A stretch of DNA of 54,948 nt, filler included, from Squatina squatina (Eukaryota): the NCBI GenBank assembly GCA_031763465.1. It is 3 parts of 3 records of this genome, joined end to end, with 100 filler letters (N's around TTAATTAATTAA, not from the genome) between each part and the next. Parts side by side here need not be neighbours in the genome. Positions count along the whole stretch, not along the records: positions 26,238 to 41,514 come from JARFOE010566806.1; positions 41,615 to 54,948 come from JARFOE010000057.1; 1 more part is not named here. One strand, given 5' to 3'. Under the pieces are notes generated by a model. It made no database searches, was not told the origin of the DNA, and worked only from the letters and a program-made list of their open reading frames with translations. Both the position numbers and the translations under genes were made by a program. Shown in pieces: positions 35,851-47,369 of the stretch (positions are counted from its first letter, which is position 1; each line of letters begins with the position of its first letter).

Positions 35851-37485
35851 GAGCCCTGTTGCACTCTGTTACTTTGCATGGCCAGGGAACACTGGAGAAA
35901 GAAGCAAGGCCAAAAGGGAAGCCCGACAAGGGGATGGCTCAATGCTCCAGAGGACAAAGAGACACCCCTCCACCCCCTCCCCCCGTTCATCCCTCAGGCA
36001 ATGGAGGGTGGACTCCCATTTCAGCTCCTCACACCCTTCTCCCAGGCAGTGGCTATTGGACAACTACCTCAACTCCTCCCATCCATCTCTGAGACAAGAG
36101 ATAGGTGGAATTTCATCTCAGCTTCCCATACCAATCTTTGAAACAGTGGAGCCTGATTTTGGTTCCGTCTCTCACAAATAGGCTTGTAAAAAGATGGAGA
36201 GCTCTTCAGAACAGTCGGATCACGGATAGCCAGACGTCTGAGTTTTGATCTTACCGTGCTCTTCCCTTCTCCCTGAATCCCATAATGTATATTATGAACA
36301 TCCATTGGGGTATTCCATTTTTGTCCTGTTCCATTCCATTATGATTCTATTTCANNNNNNNNNNNNNNNNNNNNNNNNNNNNNNNNNNNNNNNNNNNNNN
36401 NNNNNNNNNNNNNNNNNNNNNNNNNNNNNNNNNNNNNNNNNNNNNNNNNNNNNNNNNNNNNNNNNNNNNNNNNNNNNNNNNNNNNNNNNNNNNNNNNNNN
36501 NNNNNNNNNNNNNNNNNNNNNNNNNNNNNNNNNNNNNNNNNNNNNNNNNNNNNNNNNNNNNNNNNNNNNNNNNNNNNNNNNNNNNNNNNNNNNNNNNNNN
36601 NNNNNNNNNNNNNNNNNNNNNNNNNNNNNNNNNNNNNNNNNNNNNNNNNNNNNNNNNNNNNNNNNNNNNNNNNNNNNNNNNNNNNNNNNNNNNNNNNNNN
36701 NNNNNNNNNNNNNNNNNNNNNNNNNNNNNNNNNNNNNNNNNNNNNNNNNNNNNNNNNNNNNNNNNNNNNNNNNNNNNNNNNNNNNNNNNNNNNNNNNNNN
36801 NNNNNNNNNNNNNNNNNNNNNNNNNNNNNNNNNNNNNNNNNNNNNNNNNNNNNNNNNNNNNNNNNNNNNNNNNNNNNNNNNNNNNNNNNNNNNNNNNNNN
36901 NNNNNNNNNNNNNNNNNNNNNNNNNNNNNNNNNNNNNNNNNNNNNNNNNCAATGCAGCAGTCACAATGCCCCAGGACAGGATAAAAGGCGGCAGCCTCCT
37001 GTGTCCCCTGGCCGAGGTGGCATGGGGCAGCCTTTAAGACATCCCAGAGGAAGCCCTTGAGCTTCTGGAGCTAGCTAGAGGGGGCTCAGGCAGGAAGGGC
37101 AGCTGCTGCAGGAGTCTGCTGGAGATTCTCGGCTGCAAGGCCAGCTCCTGGCAGGAGCAGCTTCTTAGCTCATGGGAGGGATAGCAGGCCTTTTCGGCTG
37201 GATAGCCATGGCCAGAGCACAGGAATGTCTTCTTGAGGAGCACTGTAGAGCTCACCGTCCTCATCCCACAGAGAGCCAGGGTGGCAGCAGCCATACGCAA
37301 TAGGATGCAGAGGTGTTTGCAGGGATCACAGTGCTTCTCTCAGAAGCCCGTGAAATGGCTCCAGGTTGAGGGAGAATGGGGTTTGGGTATGTTCTGGGAG
37401 GCGTGACCAGCCTGTGGAGCGGGAGCAGGTCTTGCTCACATGCTCAGGGATAGGCGATGGCCAGCGCTGGGGTCAGGAAGGAATT

Positions 37486-37822
37486 TTCCCCCGGGGCACA
37501 TTGGCACTGGTCCGCGGGGGTTTTTTGCCTTCCTCTGAGCATTTAGCAAGACCACTTGTCAGGGCTCCTCTGCTCCATCCTGCTGGCTGGCTGCCTGCTG
37601 CTCATGCCCCACAAAGGTGGCCCCTCGTGTCCTGCAGCTGGGGGGGGAAGGCTTTTTTTCCCCGCAGAGGACCGGCGAGTGTCCGCAGGGGTTTTTTGCC
37701 TTCCTCTGCAGCCGAGCACAGCCCCTTCATGGGGCTCCTTTGAGCTCTTGTGGCCCAAAGGATGCTGCTCATGCTCCATGCAGGTGGCCCTCGTGCCCCG
37801 CATGCAGGGGGAGGAAGCTTTC
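37486..37822. repeat. Two diverged GC-rich tandem units of approx 170 bp
   Basis: GTCCGCRGGGGTTTTTTGCCTTCCTCTG at approx 37510 and 37681. GCTGCTCATGCYCCA..AGGTGGCCC..CGTG at approx 37597 and 37764. Confidence 0.75.
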
Positions 37823-38369
37823 TGGCCTCCCAGGGTATTCCCCGGGAGTTGCCCTTTGTCCTCTGGAGCATCGAGCACATGCCCTTGTCGGGCTTCCCTT
37901 TTGGCCTGGCTTCTGGCCCGCTGCTCTCGCGCCTCCAAGCCACTCTCGTCTCCTGGCTCTCTTTGGCTCCATTGCCCAGAGCAAACTCGCAGTGACAGTG
38001 AGCTCTGCTCTTCCCTCAGCTCCATCTCCCCGGGGGGCCTCGTTTCTGCACAGCAGCCTGTGCTTGGAAGGCCTCCAGCCTTGCTGCCCCATCAGCAGCT
38101 GCCACTCTCCAGCTCTCCCTGTGTGCAACACCAGCGCCGGGCAGGCACAAGAGCACTTGTCGTGCATCCCTGGCCACGAAGCGCAGCAAAAGAACGACTG
38201 TTGCAAGTCCTGTGTGCTTATCATTGAGAGGTGTCCTGCTTTGGGAAATACCCCATGCTACCACACACCTTCTCCTTCTACTACTTCTGCTTGCACATTT
38301 GGGTGTGGTCGCTGACGATGCTCATGACTAACACCATAAAGCTTTCCGGTTGGATAGAAGGCACAAGTG

Positions 38370-38430
38370 TCTGGCTGCTCTCAGGGTGCTGAGGCACTGG
38401 AACGGGTTGCCTAAAGAAGCTGTGTGTGCT
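38370..38430 (+). mobile_element. Short avian CR1 ORF2 3' fragment
   Basis: CAGGGTGCTGAGGCACTGGAACGGGTTGCCTAAAGAAGCTGTG encodes RVLRHWNGLPKEAV. Confidence 0.75.
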
Positions 38431-38865
38431 CTGTCCCATGGCGATGTACAGCACAAACACGCTGTACAGCCCCCCTTGGGTGTCATCCTATGGCGACGTA
38501 CACCACCACATTGTACAGACCCTTGGGTGATATCTCCTGGCAAGGCATAAGACCAGGCTGCGCCGAGCCTTGGGCAATCTGTTTCACGTGTGAGCCGTCC
38601 CTGAAAAAGGCAGGCCGCTTGGAACTACGTGCTCTGAGGTCCTCTCCAACCATAACTAGCCTAGGAGTCTGGGATGTAAGGATTCTAAAAGAACATAAAA
38701 TAGAAGAAACCAAACCAAAATCAAATGGAATAATAAAATAAAATCTTGATTCCACATGAAAGCCTTGTGATTTGTGTCCTTGAAAGCGTTTCTGGAGCTG
38801 AAAACCCCTGACACTGCAGAGAAATCAGTCTCCCAGCAATTCAGGTCAGGCTGAGCATAGGGAAT

Positions 38866-39432
38866 TGTTGCGGGCCGGGCCCACAGGCTCCTCTTGCCTG
38901 TGCGGTAGGCAAGGACTGCAGGCTTCTCTGCCTGCGGCAGGCCCCCCTGCCTGCTCTCCGTGGTGGGAGAATGAAGACAATCAATATGATCATTCATCAG
39001 ACTCCGATTATTTCATCTGAGGGTTCCAGTTATATACTCTATGCAGGCACACTTGCTAATATGCGATTGGCTACTTATGCTACTGATTGATACATGATTG
39101 GTTACATGATCGGTTTGTGCTTGGTCACAGCTCAAAGGTTACATTCACATCCCACCCCCCTCTGTAGTTTTCCTCTCGGTTATGTTCCAGGGGGTTTCCA
39201 GCTTGCAGCTGTGCTTCAAGGTTGCAGTTATCAGTTCCGCCCTACATATCCCGACTTCTCGGGCTCCTCTGCCAACTCCCTCAAACTCTTCTCACGCACA
39301 CGTTCTCTAGTAACCTTCAGCCAAGGCCTCAAAGCCTTTGGTTCACTACTGCTGGGCCTATGGTCTCATCGTGTCCGTTCTCCAGCAGCCATTCCCCAAC
39401 AATACCCCTCTTTTCTTTTTGCATCCACAACA
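38866..39432 (-). mobile_element. Solo LTR (567 bp), class II/ERVK-like, perfect 6-bp TSD GGGAAT
   Basis: TGTTG...CAACA termini with GGGAAT at 38860-38865 and 39433-39438. Minus strand shows CCAAT boxes (ATTGG at approx 39066 and 39096), TATATAA (approx 39029-39035) and a degenerate AATAAT polyA signal. Confidence 0.9.
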
Positions 39433-40371
39433 GGGAATGGAATGGAATGGAAGGGACTTCACTAGACAAGACTAGAACAGAACTGGTATAGGCTAAGCTA
39501 CATTATGTCTACAGCTCTGCTTGACAAGTGATGCCCTAGATCTAAGGCATCCAGCCAGCAGAGCAGCTCTCTGCGGTGCAGGTGCCAGAGCCATTCAGGA
39601 GACACGGAAAGGCACAGCTGCAACGTAGCTCAGGCAGGGGGTGAAGGCCACAGGCTGAGCTGAGACATGTCCCCTGGGCCCTTGGCGGGAGGCGGTGAGG
39701 TGGGGGTCCCAGAGGAGAGGGGTCCCAGCCACTGAGGCCTTCCAACACCCCCAGAACCCTGGCAGAAGGAAACCTGCTCGCCTCATAGGCCCTCCTTTAG
39801 ACACTTGCAACCTGCCTGAGTCATGCTGCAGGGACACAGTCAATTTTGGCAGGCAAGTGTGCCCATGCATTGGCTGTCAGCATGTCAATACAGCAGAGCA
39901 GAAATCGGTGGGAAAGTTCCATGAAAAAAATTGATATTTATTTAAAACTCCACTGCAGATGGTTCGGAGAGGCTCCTTGTAGCACGCAAGAGGGCAGACT
40001 GTCAATCCATTTAATCTCATGGGAAAGCAGGCCTACCTAACGACAGCTATTCTATTTCGACTCAACCGAAAAACAGAGCCTTCTGACAGTACTCCCTCTG
40101 CAACTCTTTCCATCTCTTGCCCACAGCCCCTGATCGGAAGAGGATAATTGCCACCATCTTCATTTCTTCAATACTGCTGAATCTCCTCAGTACATTCATC
40201 AAAGTGGGCCACAGCCCGCATCGAAGATCACAGCGAGTGACTCTGGACTTGAGCCATACACGTGGCTGAGCAGAGGTTCTGTCAAGGTGTCAGCGTCCAG
40301 TCGGAGAAAAGCCCGGTGCTGGACCCTCTTTCGGTCCTGATCCCAAGAGTGAGATTAAGACGCAAGCGAGG

Positions 40372-40668
40372 TCAAGTACTTTGTGGACGTGTTAATCTGA
40401 CTTGTTTAGTTCCCTCGGGAGAAGCAGTAGTTACAAGATGCATGTTTGATGCAACACTCCAAATTAATTGAACGAGACAGGGAATAACACAAGGTAAAAC
40501 TAAGCACATAGCAAAGCCACATAACAAACAAACTGAAATTTGCTTAAGCCATGGGCCTTCCGGAACCTGCAAGGCAGGGTCAAACTCCCATCCTTTCCAG
40601 GTTTGGACAGCAACGGGAGCCAATTTTTGGATGCCGGGTGAGATTCGTTTTACTATTTCACCTTTTTG
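40372..40668 (-). pseudogene. env: Orphan retroviral env TM C-terminal fragment (class I, ERV3/HERV-I-like sequence type)
   Basis: KGEIVKRISPGIQKLAPVAVQTWKGW...GPWLKQISVCLLCGFAMCLVLPCVIPCLVQLI matches the 'IRKLAHVPVQTW' plus TM anchor plus PCL pattern. No ISD/CX6CC upstream. Confidence 0.8.
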
Positions 40669-41269
40669 TGATAACCTTTTCCTCCTTTTAAAATGAGTTG
40701 GGGGAGTACCGCTATTCCTCATGTCCTATCTTCCATGTTCCTGGTGGACCAGCTTCCCCACTCTTGCAGCCAGCTCTTCAACTGCACCTGTCTGCTGCCA
40801 TTCATGGCATAATGGGAAATTACTGGAAGGCAGGAGGGGTGCTGGTGGGCTCTGGTAAAGGCCAGGCCAGCGCCGGGCATTGTGCAAGGCTCCAGTGCTC
40901 TGCTGGGCTCTGGCAATGCATTCTGGAAGGTGACAAAGGCACTGGCAGGCACAGGCAGAGCCCAGAAGCCCACCGGGCACTGCGCAAGGTGGGAAGGAGC
41001 TGCTGGGTTCTGGGCACACCGGTGCAATCCTGACTGCAGCAATGCCTGCGGGAGCCCCTGTGCTCCCCCAGCAACAGTGCCTGGGCAGGAGCTGTTGCTG
41101 GGCCTCTCCTGCCCTTGGCAAGCACTGCCCCAGCCCCAGCACCGCTCGGGAGCTGTGCTTCCTGAGCCAGGGAATGCTGCTTACAGCTGCGTGCCCATAG
41201 AAAGAGCCCAGCTCCAAGAGTGCAAAGGTCCAGCCCTTCTGCCACAGCAAAGGGGCCAGGACAGGGTCA

Positions 41270-41514
41270 GTGTTGAACCTCAGCTGGAAACTCAGCACCA
41301 GCAGCTGCTCACTCAGAGCCCAGGTGTTATGGGGAGGAGAATGGGAACAATGTGAAACCTATGGGTGGAGATAAGAACAGGTCAGGAACTGAAATGGAGC
41401 ACAATATTTTAATATTAATAATAATACCAACCACATGAATAATAATAATAATGGGTCCCCCCATATCTCCAGTTCCCCTCTCCCCAGTGATCTCTGGGTT
41501 GGTCTCTGGTGGCT
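41270..41514 (-). mobile_element. Avian ERVL-type LTR fragment
   Basis: AACCTCAGCTGGAAACTCAGCACCAGCAGCTGCTCACTCA...GGGGAGGAGAATGGGA...GAAACCTATGGGTGGAGATAAGAACAG resembles the antisense U5 of common bird ERVL LTRs. Confidence 0.6.
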
Positions 41515-41614
41515 NNNNNNNNNNNNNNNNNNNNNNNNNNNNNNNNNNNNNNNNNNNNTTAATTAATTAANNNNNNNNNNNNNNNNNNNNNNNNNNNNNN
41601 NNNNNNNNNNNNNN
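41515..41614. other. Artificial contig-joining linker (N44-TTAATTAATTAA-N44)
   Basis: Identical in structure to 26138-26237. Confidence 0.98.
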
Positions 41615-42328
41615 TATAAGCAGTGATGAATGCAGCTCTTTTGTGTTTAATTTTGCATATGGCCTAAATTTCATAGCTTTTCATAGATATGACTTAAATT
41701 GTCAATAAGGTTGCTGTGTAAGTTTGTATTCTGTAAAAGCCGGTCAATGTAGACTAGCAAAAGGCCATCTCCTTGAAAACTGTGTGAAGTCCCTTTAGTA
41801 AGAATTTATTGTCTGGCAGTAGTTATATTATTCAGGAACATTCTGTACAAAGGGAGAATTCCTCACACTCTGTGTCTTTCTTCTGTAACCTTTAATTCTG
41901 TACATAGCCATCCTTTAAGCACTGTGCGTATGTGTAACTAGGTTACCAAAGAACAAAATTTGCTGCAATGAGATTAAATGCCTTTATCGCATGTGTCTTT
42001 CAATTGATCGTGACAAACACATCATGAGTGCGCTAAGTTCTGCTAAGCATTTCTTCCTGCCCTTTTGTTTTTGTTACAAGGCATCAGTGTCCTTTGGTGA
42101 ATGTCAATGTCCATCAAAGCCAGGGGCACACTGACTGCTGCTGGGTGTACTGAGAGCTGGTAGCTGCACAAATGATGCCTAAAAGTTGAATTCAAAATGC
42201 ACAAATAATTTTTTTTTAAATACAACTACTACAGAGCTGTGCTCTCATACTGGAATTCAGACCCTAGTTATAAACTGCTGCAGCTTCACATCTTATGTCT
42301 TATTAAATTGTCTTAATGTCTTCTTTAG

Positions 42329-42484
42329 GCCATTATGTCATCTGGAGCCATCATTCAGGAGCTACATTTTCAGCGACAGCAGAATCCAGACGCATCTTCA
42401 GCCTTCGCCCCTGACCTAAACCAGTTTTTCAGCCTTGGGATTATTGAAATGATTTTGACAGGATCCCCAGCCTTTGCGGGGTAG
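42329..42484 (+). CDS. Candidate terminal coding exon: AIMSSGAIIQELHFQRQQNPDASSAFAPDLNQFFSLGIIEMILTGSPAFAG*
   Basis: Branch-like CTTAAT plus acceptor TGTCTTCTTTAG|, then 51 open codons to TAG at 42482-42484 in unique sequence. Gene not recognised. Confidence 0.4.
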   Translation, partial: AIMSSGAIIQELHFQRQQNPDASSAFAPDLNQFFSLGIIEMILTGSPAFAG

Positions 42485-42699
42485 TCCACCTGTTGGGGGA
42501 AGAAGGGAGTGATCGTCTGTGACAGGCCTCAGAGTAGCATAGTCAGCAGCCTCTAAGCTGCCAGTTCACTTTTTAGCAAAAGACTATTTTGTTTTAAAGC
42601 CACTCCTAAGCCTATGCAATTAATAGCTCCATTTTAATTTTAAAGATCACCTTCGTTCTCCAGAGTAATGCTGGGTGCCAAGAATGAACAGACATAACT

Positions 42700-43262
42700 T
42701 GCACCCAAAAAGTATGTCGATTACATATTTCTGTCATTTGAATATCATTACAATATGCCTACCATATACAGGCAGGCATTTTGTGTGCTATCTAGCACTA
42801 CTAGCTGGACATCAGCCCATAAAAATGGGCTGCAACCTGGTAGGACAGGTCCCTCGACCCTCACTCATTTCATGCCCTCCCACCTCAGTTCTGCCAAAAA
42901 AGGCACAGAGGACGAAAAATCTACTCTTAGTTTTTAAATACATGGGGCATCCAATTCATAGTTTTATTTAGGCATTAAAATGGCATTAAATGGGTGCAAA
43001 GTGCTTAATGCCAACTTATAGCGTTAAGCATTTTGGCACAAAATTCGTCTCCCGTTAACGCTGGCGCTAAACGGGCATTAACGGGTTTTGGCCACAATTG
43101 CGAGTTTTGGCGCTAGAGAGTCCCAATGACATCATCAGTAGGCGCAATGCCCAAATAAGACTAACGCCTTGGAATTAGATAAGGCTATAGGGTCTTAACT
43201 TTAGCGTTGTCAATGCCCCGTTTTTTGGGCGCTGACACACTTATACTCTGAACTTTTAGCAT
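42700..43262. mobile_element. Harbinger-derived non-autonomous element remnant
   Basis: CpG-rich TTAACG/GCGCTAA/AACGCC motifs like those at 7828-8211. Ends in TIR-like GAACTTTTAGC. Confidence 0.4.
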
Positions 43263-45078
43263 TGTGGAAAGCTCTGGAACTGGGCTTCATTGTAACTTTG
43301 ACTCCCGGCTCCACTTCACTCAAATCATGTGACTTTTCACTTGAAAGCCTCACTCTGAATCACTGCTGACTTCTCNNNNNNNNNNNNNNNNNNNNNNNNN
43401 NNNNNNNNNNNNNNNNNNNNNNNNNNNNNNNNNNNNNNNNNNNNNNNNNNNNNNNNNNNNNNNNNNNNNNNNNNNTACTCCAAGAGAGCCTGATACAAAT
43501 ATACACCCAGAGAGCAAACAGGTAAAGAAAGATGGAAAATGAAAAGGAACAGAATAATAAGCCTGAACATTAATCTACTTTTTGAAAGAAAAAAATGATA
43601 ACTTGAGGTCAGTAAAGAATCTCACAAATTCATGCTTGAAGCTTTTTCGATTTATGGATGTGATTCCAAAAACTTGTGCGATTCTAATCTACAAAGCTGG
43701 TCAAATGAAAGCATTTACGCATGTATATTATCTGGAATATTTTGCTTGTGGAGCTAAATGATAAAGCAAATAATTGAGAAGGCAAGCCTGCGAAGAGTGA
43801 ATGGTTTCGACTCACAATCAACTTTGAAGGGTAAAAGATAATCCTCATGGAAGATTAAACATAATCAAAATATTCAGTCCTGCACAGGAGCAAATGATAA
43901 TCTAAGTTTTACAACTATAATGGGGAAAGTAGAGGTAGGTACATTACATGCTTCAGAAATTTCTAAGAACAAGGCCATACATTCATTAATAAGAATGATC
44001 GGGCTGCACTGGATAATGGTATACACTTCTCTTCATATGCAACAACCGGATAAATTACTCTTNNNNNNNNNNNNNNNNNNNNNNNNNNNNNNNNNNNNNN
44101 NNNNNNNNNNNNNNNNNNNNNNNNNNNNNNNNNNNNNNNNNNNNNNNNNNNNNNNNNNNNNNCACTCCATCGAGAGTCCATGTGTGATTATTCTATCGTG
44201 GACTTTCCTCCCACGATCACCTGTTGATTCTCTGCTTTAACTGCTTTTATATTAGTTTACTGGGGTCAAGGCTGCTGGGAGGAGGGAGGATCTCATGCAA
44301 TTGGTGACAACTCTGAATTAAATTTGTCAGTTTGCTAAGGACCGCAAAATCTAATAAATTTGGTAAGCTTACTTCAGGGTTGCTGAGAAATAGGTCTGCA
44401 CAAGAAACTATCTCGCTGGAACAAAAAACAAGCTGTACTGTTTAATATCCGTATAACCCTTATCTGCTAAATCAACTTGGGCAGCATGACTTGGAATTAC
44501 ATAAACTGAGCTGTGCTTTTTAATTCCTTCCATGTCCAAGGCATTCCCAGCTCTTTGTGGTGGGTTTGCTGGTTGTTGTAAAGGAATAAATAGAAAAAAA
44601 GTAATAAGCCATTTGAGCTTCAGTCTCGGTTGATGGAGCCACCTGAACATTATCTGGTTGTTGGTACTGTCTTGTATTTGCTCCCAGATATTCATTACTT
44701 TTCATTTCATTCAAAGAGCCCTGCATGTTATTTTGGGTTCATGAGCTGAAGACCTGATTAACAAAATGAGAAAGACACATTTGTGCTTTGAGTTAATTTA
44801 AATATTTTTGCATCAAATCTGGGACTTTAATGAAGCTTAAAATGGGCGCAAGCATTCTAGCATGCAAAATGAGGGAAATTGTAAAATCGCGGTGCAGGAG
44901 GAAATGGCTGCGGGCTTTGCAAATTCTGTGATTTCCCCTATGCCTTATATTGCGCCCTGCTCTCCTGGCACAGGTAAACCAAAAACACAAAACCAGGGGT
45001 CAAAAAGACTACTTTCTGCAAAGTCATGATAGGAAGGGTGGACATGCCTAACTTTGTTGAAACCTGGGGAAAAATTAT

Positions 45079-45116
45079 GGCCCTGAAATTCCGCCCTCTA
45101 CGAGCGCGTACGAAGT
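45079..45116. mobile_element. Harbinger-like terminus running into a gap
   Basis: GGCCCTGAAATTCCGCCC, followed by CpG-dense sequence. Confidence 0.4.
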
Positions 45117-47124
45117 NNNNNNNNNNNNNNNNNNNNNNNNNNNNNNNNNNNNNNNNNNNNNNNNNNNNNNNNNNNNNNNNNNNNNNNNNNNNNNNNNNNN
45201 NNNNNNNNNNNNNNNNGAATGAGGGAACTGCATACACAGCAGATAATTTAGTCTATGATCCATTTGAATAATTCTACTTAATTAAAGCTGCAATCTCTTA
45301 CCCTTTAAACAAATATTGTTACAAGAATTAATTCCTCACACACAAATTGATAAGCAAGACTTCCTTTCATATCGCAATTTTTAAAAATCCATCTACATAA
45401 TAATTAGACAACAATATTTTTGGCAAATAACATTTAATAGAAATGGGCTTCTCGGAGGATTCAACACTTCTGTGGTTGGAGCTGGGCCCAATGTTTTAAT
45501 ATAATTTCATTGTTCTGATTTATTGCAGATAACAGTTTAATATTTCTCTTACGGTCTGTAAGTCTGGAGTCAACGCCACCTAATTTTTTTTTAAACAATT
45601 ATCAGCTATCCTATCTTTTTAAGTGAAACTATGTAATCCATAAAATCTCGTGATTAGAACATGAATTAATTAGCAAGTCTCAGAATTGCAGTGATACCAT
45701 CTGTCTCAACTGGTCAGAATGCATGCAGCTAGCTACTCGACGTATCTGCAGCAGATTTCCGTGTACTCTAATTGCCAGAGTTCAGGGTTATTAACCTCTT
45801 CTAGTCAATCCCAATGGATTAACTTTCTATTGTTAAGAATTAACAGTCATTTTCCCAATGATTGAGCTATAGAGGCTGCCGTGATGATCAAGGAATCTCA
45901 ATATAAAATTTTAATTACCGCTGTGAAATTCCTGGCTTCTGAGCAGCTTAACTCTTCAGCTATGGGGATAGGAATAATTTACATGCAATTAAATCAAGTC
46001 AAGAGTTTAGCCTTTGGGTAATATTGACTAATGAATCTAATATGATCCTCACTTGATATGCTGCTCTGGTTTTGCTACCAAATGGCCCAGCCCCTTAAAA
46101 ATTAAGGATTTATTTGTAGCTGTTTATCATCTGTTATTTATCCTCATAGTCAAGAATTCTTACTTCATANNNNNNNNNNNNNNNNNNNNNNNNNNNNNNN
46201 NNNNNNNNNNNNNNNNNNNNNNNNNNNNNNNNNNNNNNNNNNNNNNNNNNNNNNNNNNNNNNNNNNNNNAAGCTGGCCCTGTTGTGCTGAAATATGCTCG
46301 AAACCCAACCTCACTTGTGTAAATCACATTTCCAACACAGATTCATCATTGCAGCCTCTCCACTGTTGGTCTCTGATTAAAACTTAACAATGTTTTCTTA
46401 TTTAAGCTGAAAACTTGTGCCGAATTTGGACGGGGTCAAGCTTTCTGAGAACTGTTCCATCTGCTTATCTCCATTTTGCTATTGGAAACATATTATTCGC
46501 TAATCCCTTCAGAGCAGCCCATTTATTTGGAATCGAGCCCAGTTCTTAATGAATCAATGAATACTTCAAACATGGTCGTGGTCAATTCAGTAGAGAAGCT
46601 GATGGGAGAGTGTTGGCAAATAGTGTCAGAAAATATACTGCAGTATCTAACATACACATTAGGTTGGCTGATCAATAGGAACAATTGAGTTATAAACATG
46701 GATTTTGTTGGCGAGGTGCAATAACTGCCAACTGTACAAAGTAATATGTCTATTTCTATTGAGCTCTGCATGTGAAAGGAATATTCAAATAAATCCAATT
46801 TAAATTCATCCATGCTTGATATTTGCCTCATTTATTCCAGTTGTTACTTGCTGGTTCAGATTTATTCAATATCTGATAAAACAGGAATGTAGAGTGACTG
46901 GGTTGAAAATAATGACAAATCTGCTGTAAATGTCCACTTCTGTTGGGTTGGTAACCTTCCTTCATTTAAGTGCTTTTGTGTTTAAGGGCTGTATCAAGGT
47001 TAGACCAGGTAAAGTGTTTAAATAAGACATTTATGGTCTTACTACTGTAAGTTAGCAATTTTGTTCTTTTAACTTTTTGGTCTTGTATTCTAATTTTAAA
47101 ATTATACCTTTTTGATGATGCACA

Positions 47125-47269
47125 ACTGCGTTGGTCTGTGCATGTGAGGGTTTGGTCTGTGCATGAGAGGGTTGGTCTGTGTGTGCAGGGTTGGGTCCGT
47201 GTATGTGAGGGTTGGATCCGTGTGTGTGCAGGGTTGGGTCCGTGTGTGTGTGTCTGTGTGCTGGTCCGT
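47125..47269. repeat. GT-rich approx 20-bp minisatellite
   Basis: GGGTTGGRTCYGTG(TG)n units repeated up to the gap. Confidence 0.85.
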
Positions 47270-47369
47270 NNNNNNNNNNNNNNNNNNNNNNNNNNNNNNN
47301 NNNNNNNNNNNNNNNNNNNNNNNNNNNNNNNNNNNNNNNNNNNNNNNNNNNNNNNNNNNNNNNNNNNNN

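Noticed and set aside
37366-38315. Overlapping 113-232 aa ORFs on both strands (likewise 28409-29575 and 40698-41355)
   Set aside because: GC-rich, stop-poor sequence open in several frames at once, Pro/Ala/Cys/Ser-biased, with no recognisable domain.
26238-41514. Horizontal transfer of bird DNA into a shark genome
   Set aside because: Both boundaries are artificial linkers, so there is no physical junction. Concatenation or contamination explains it.
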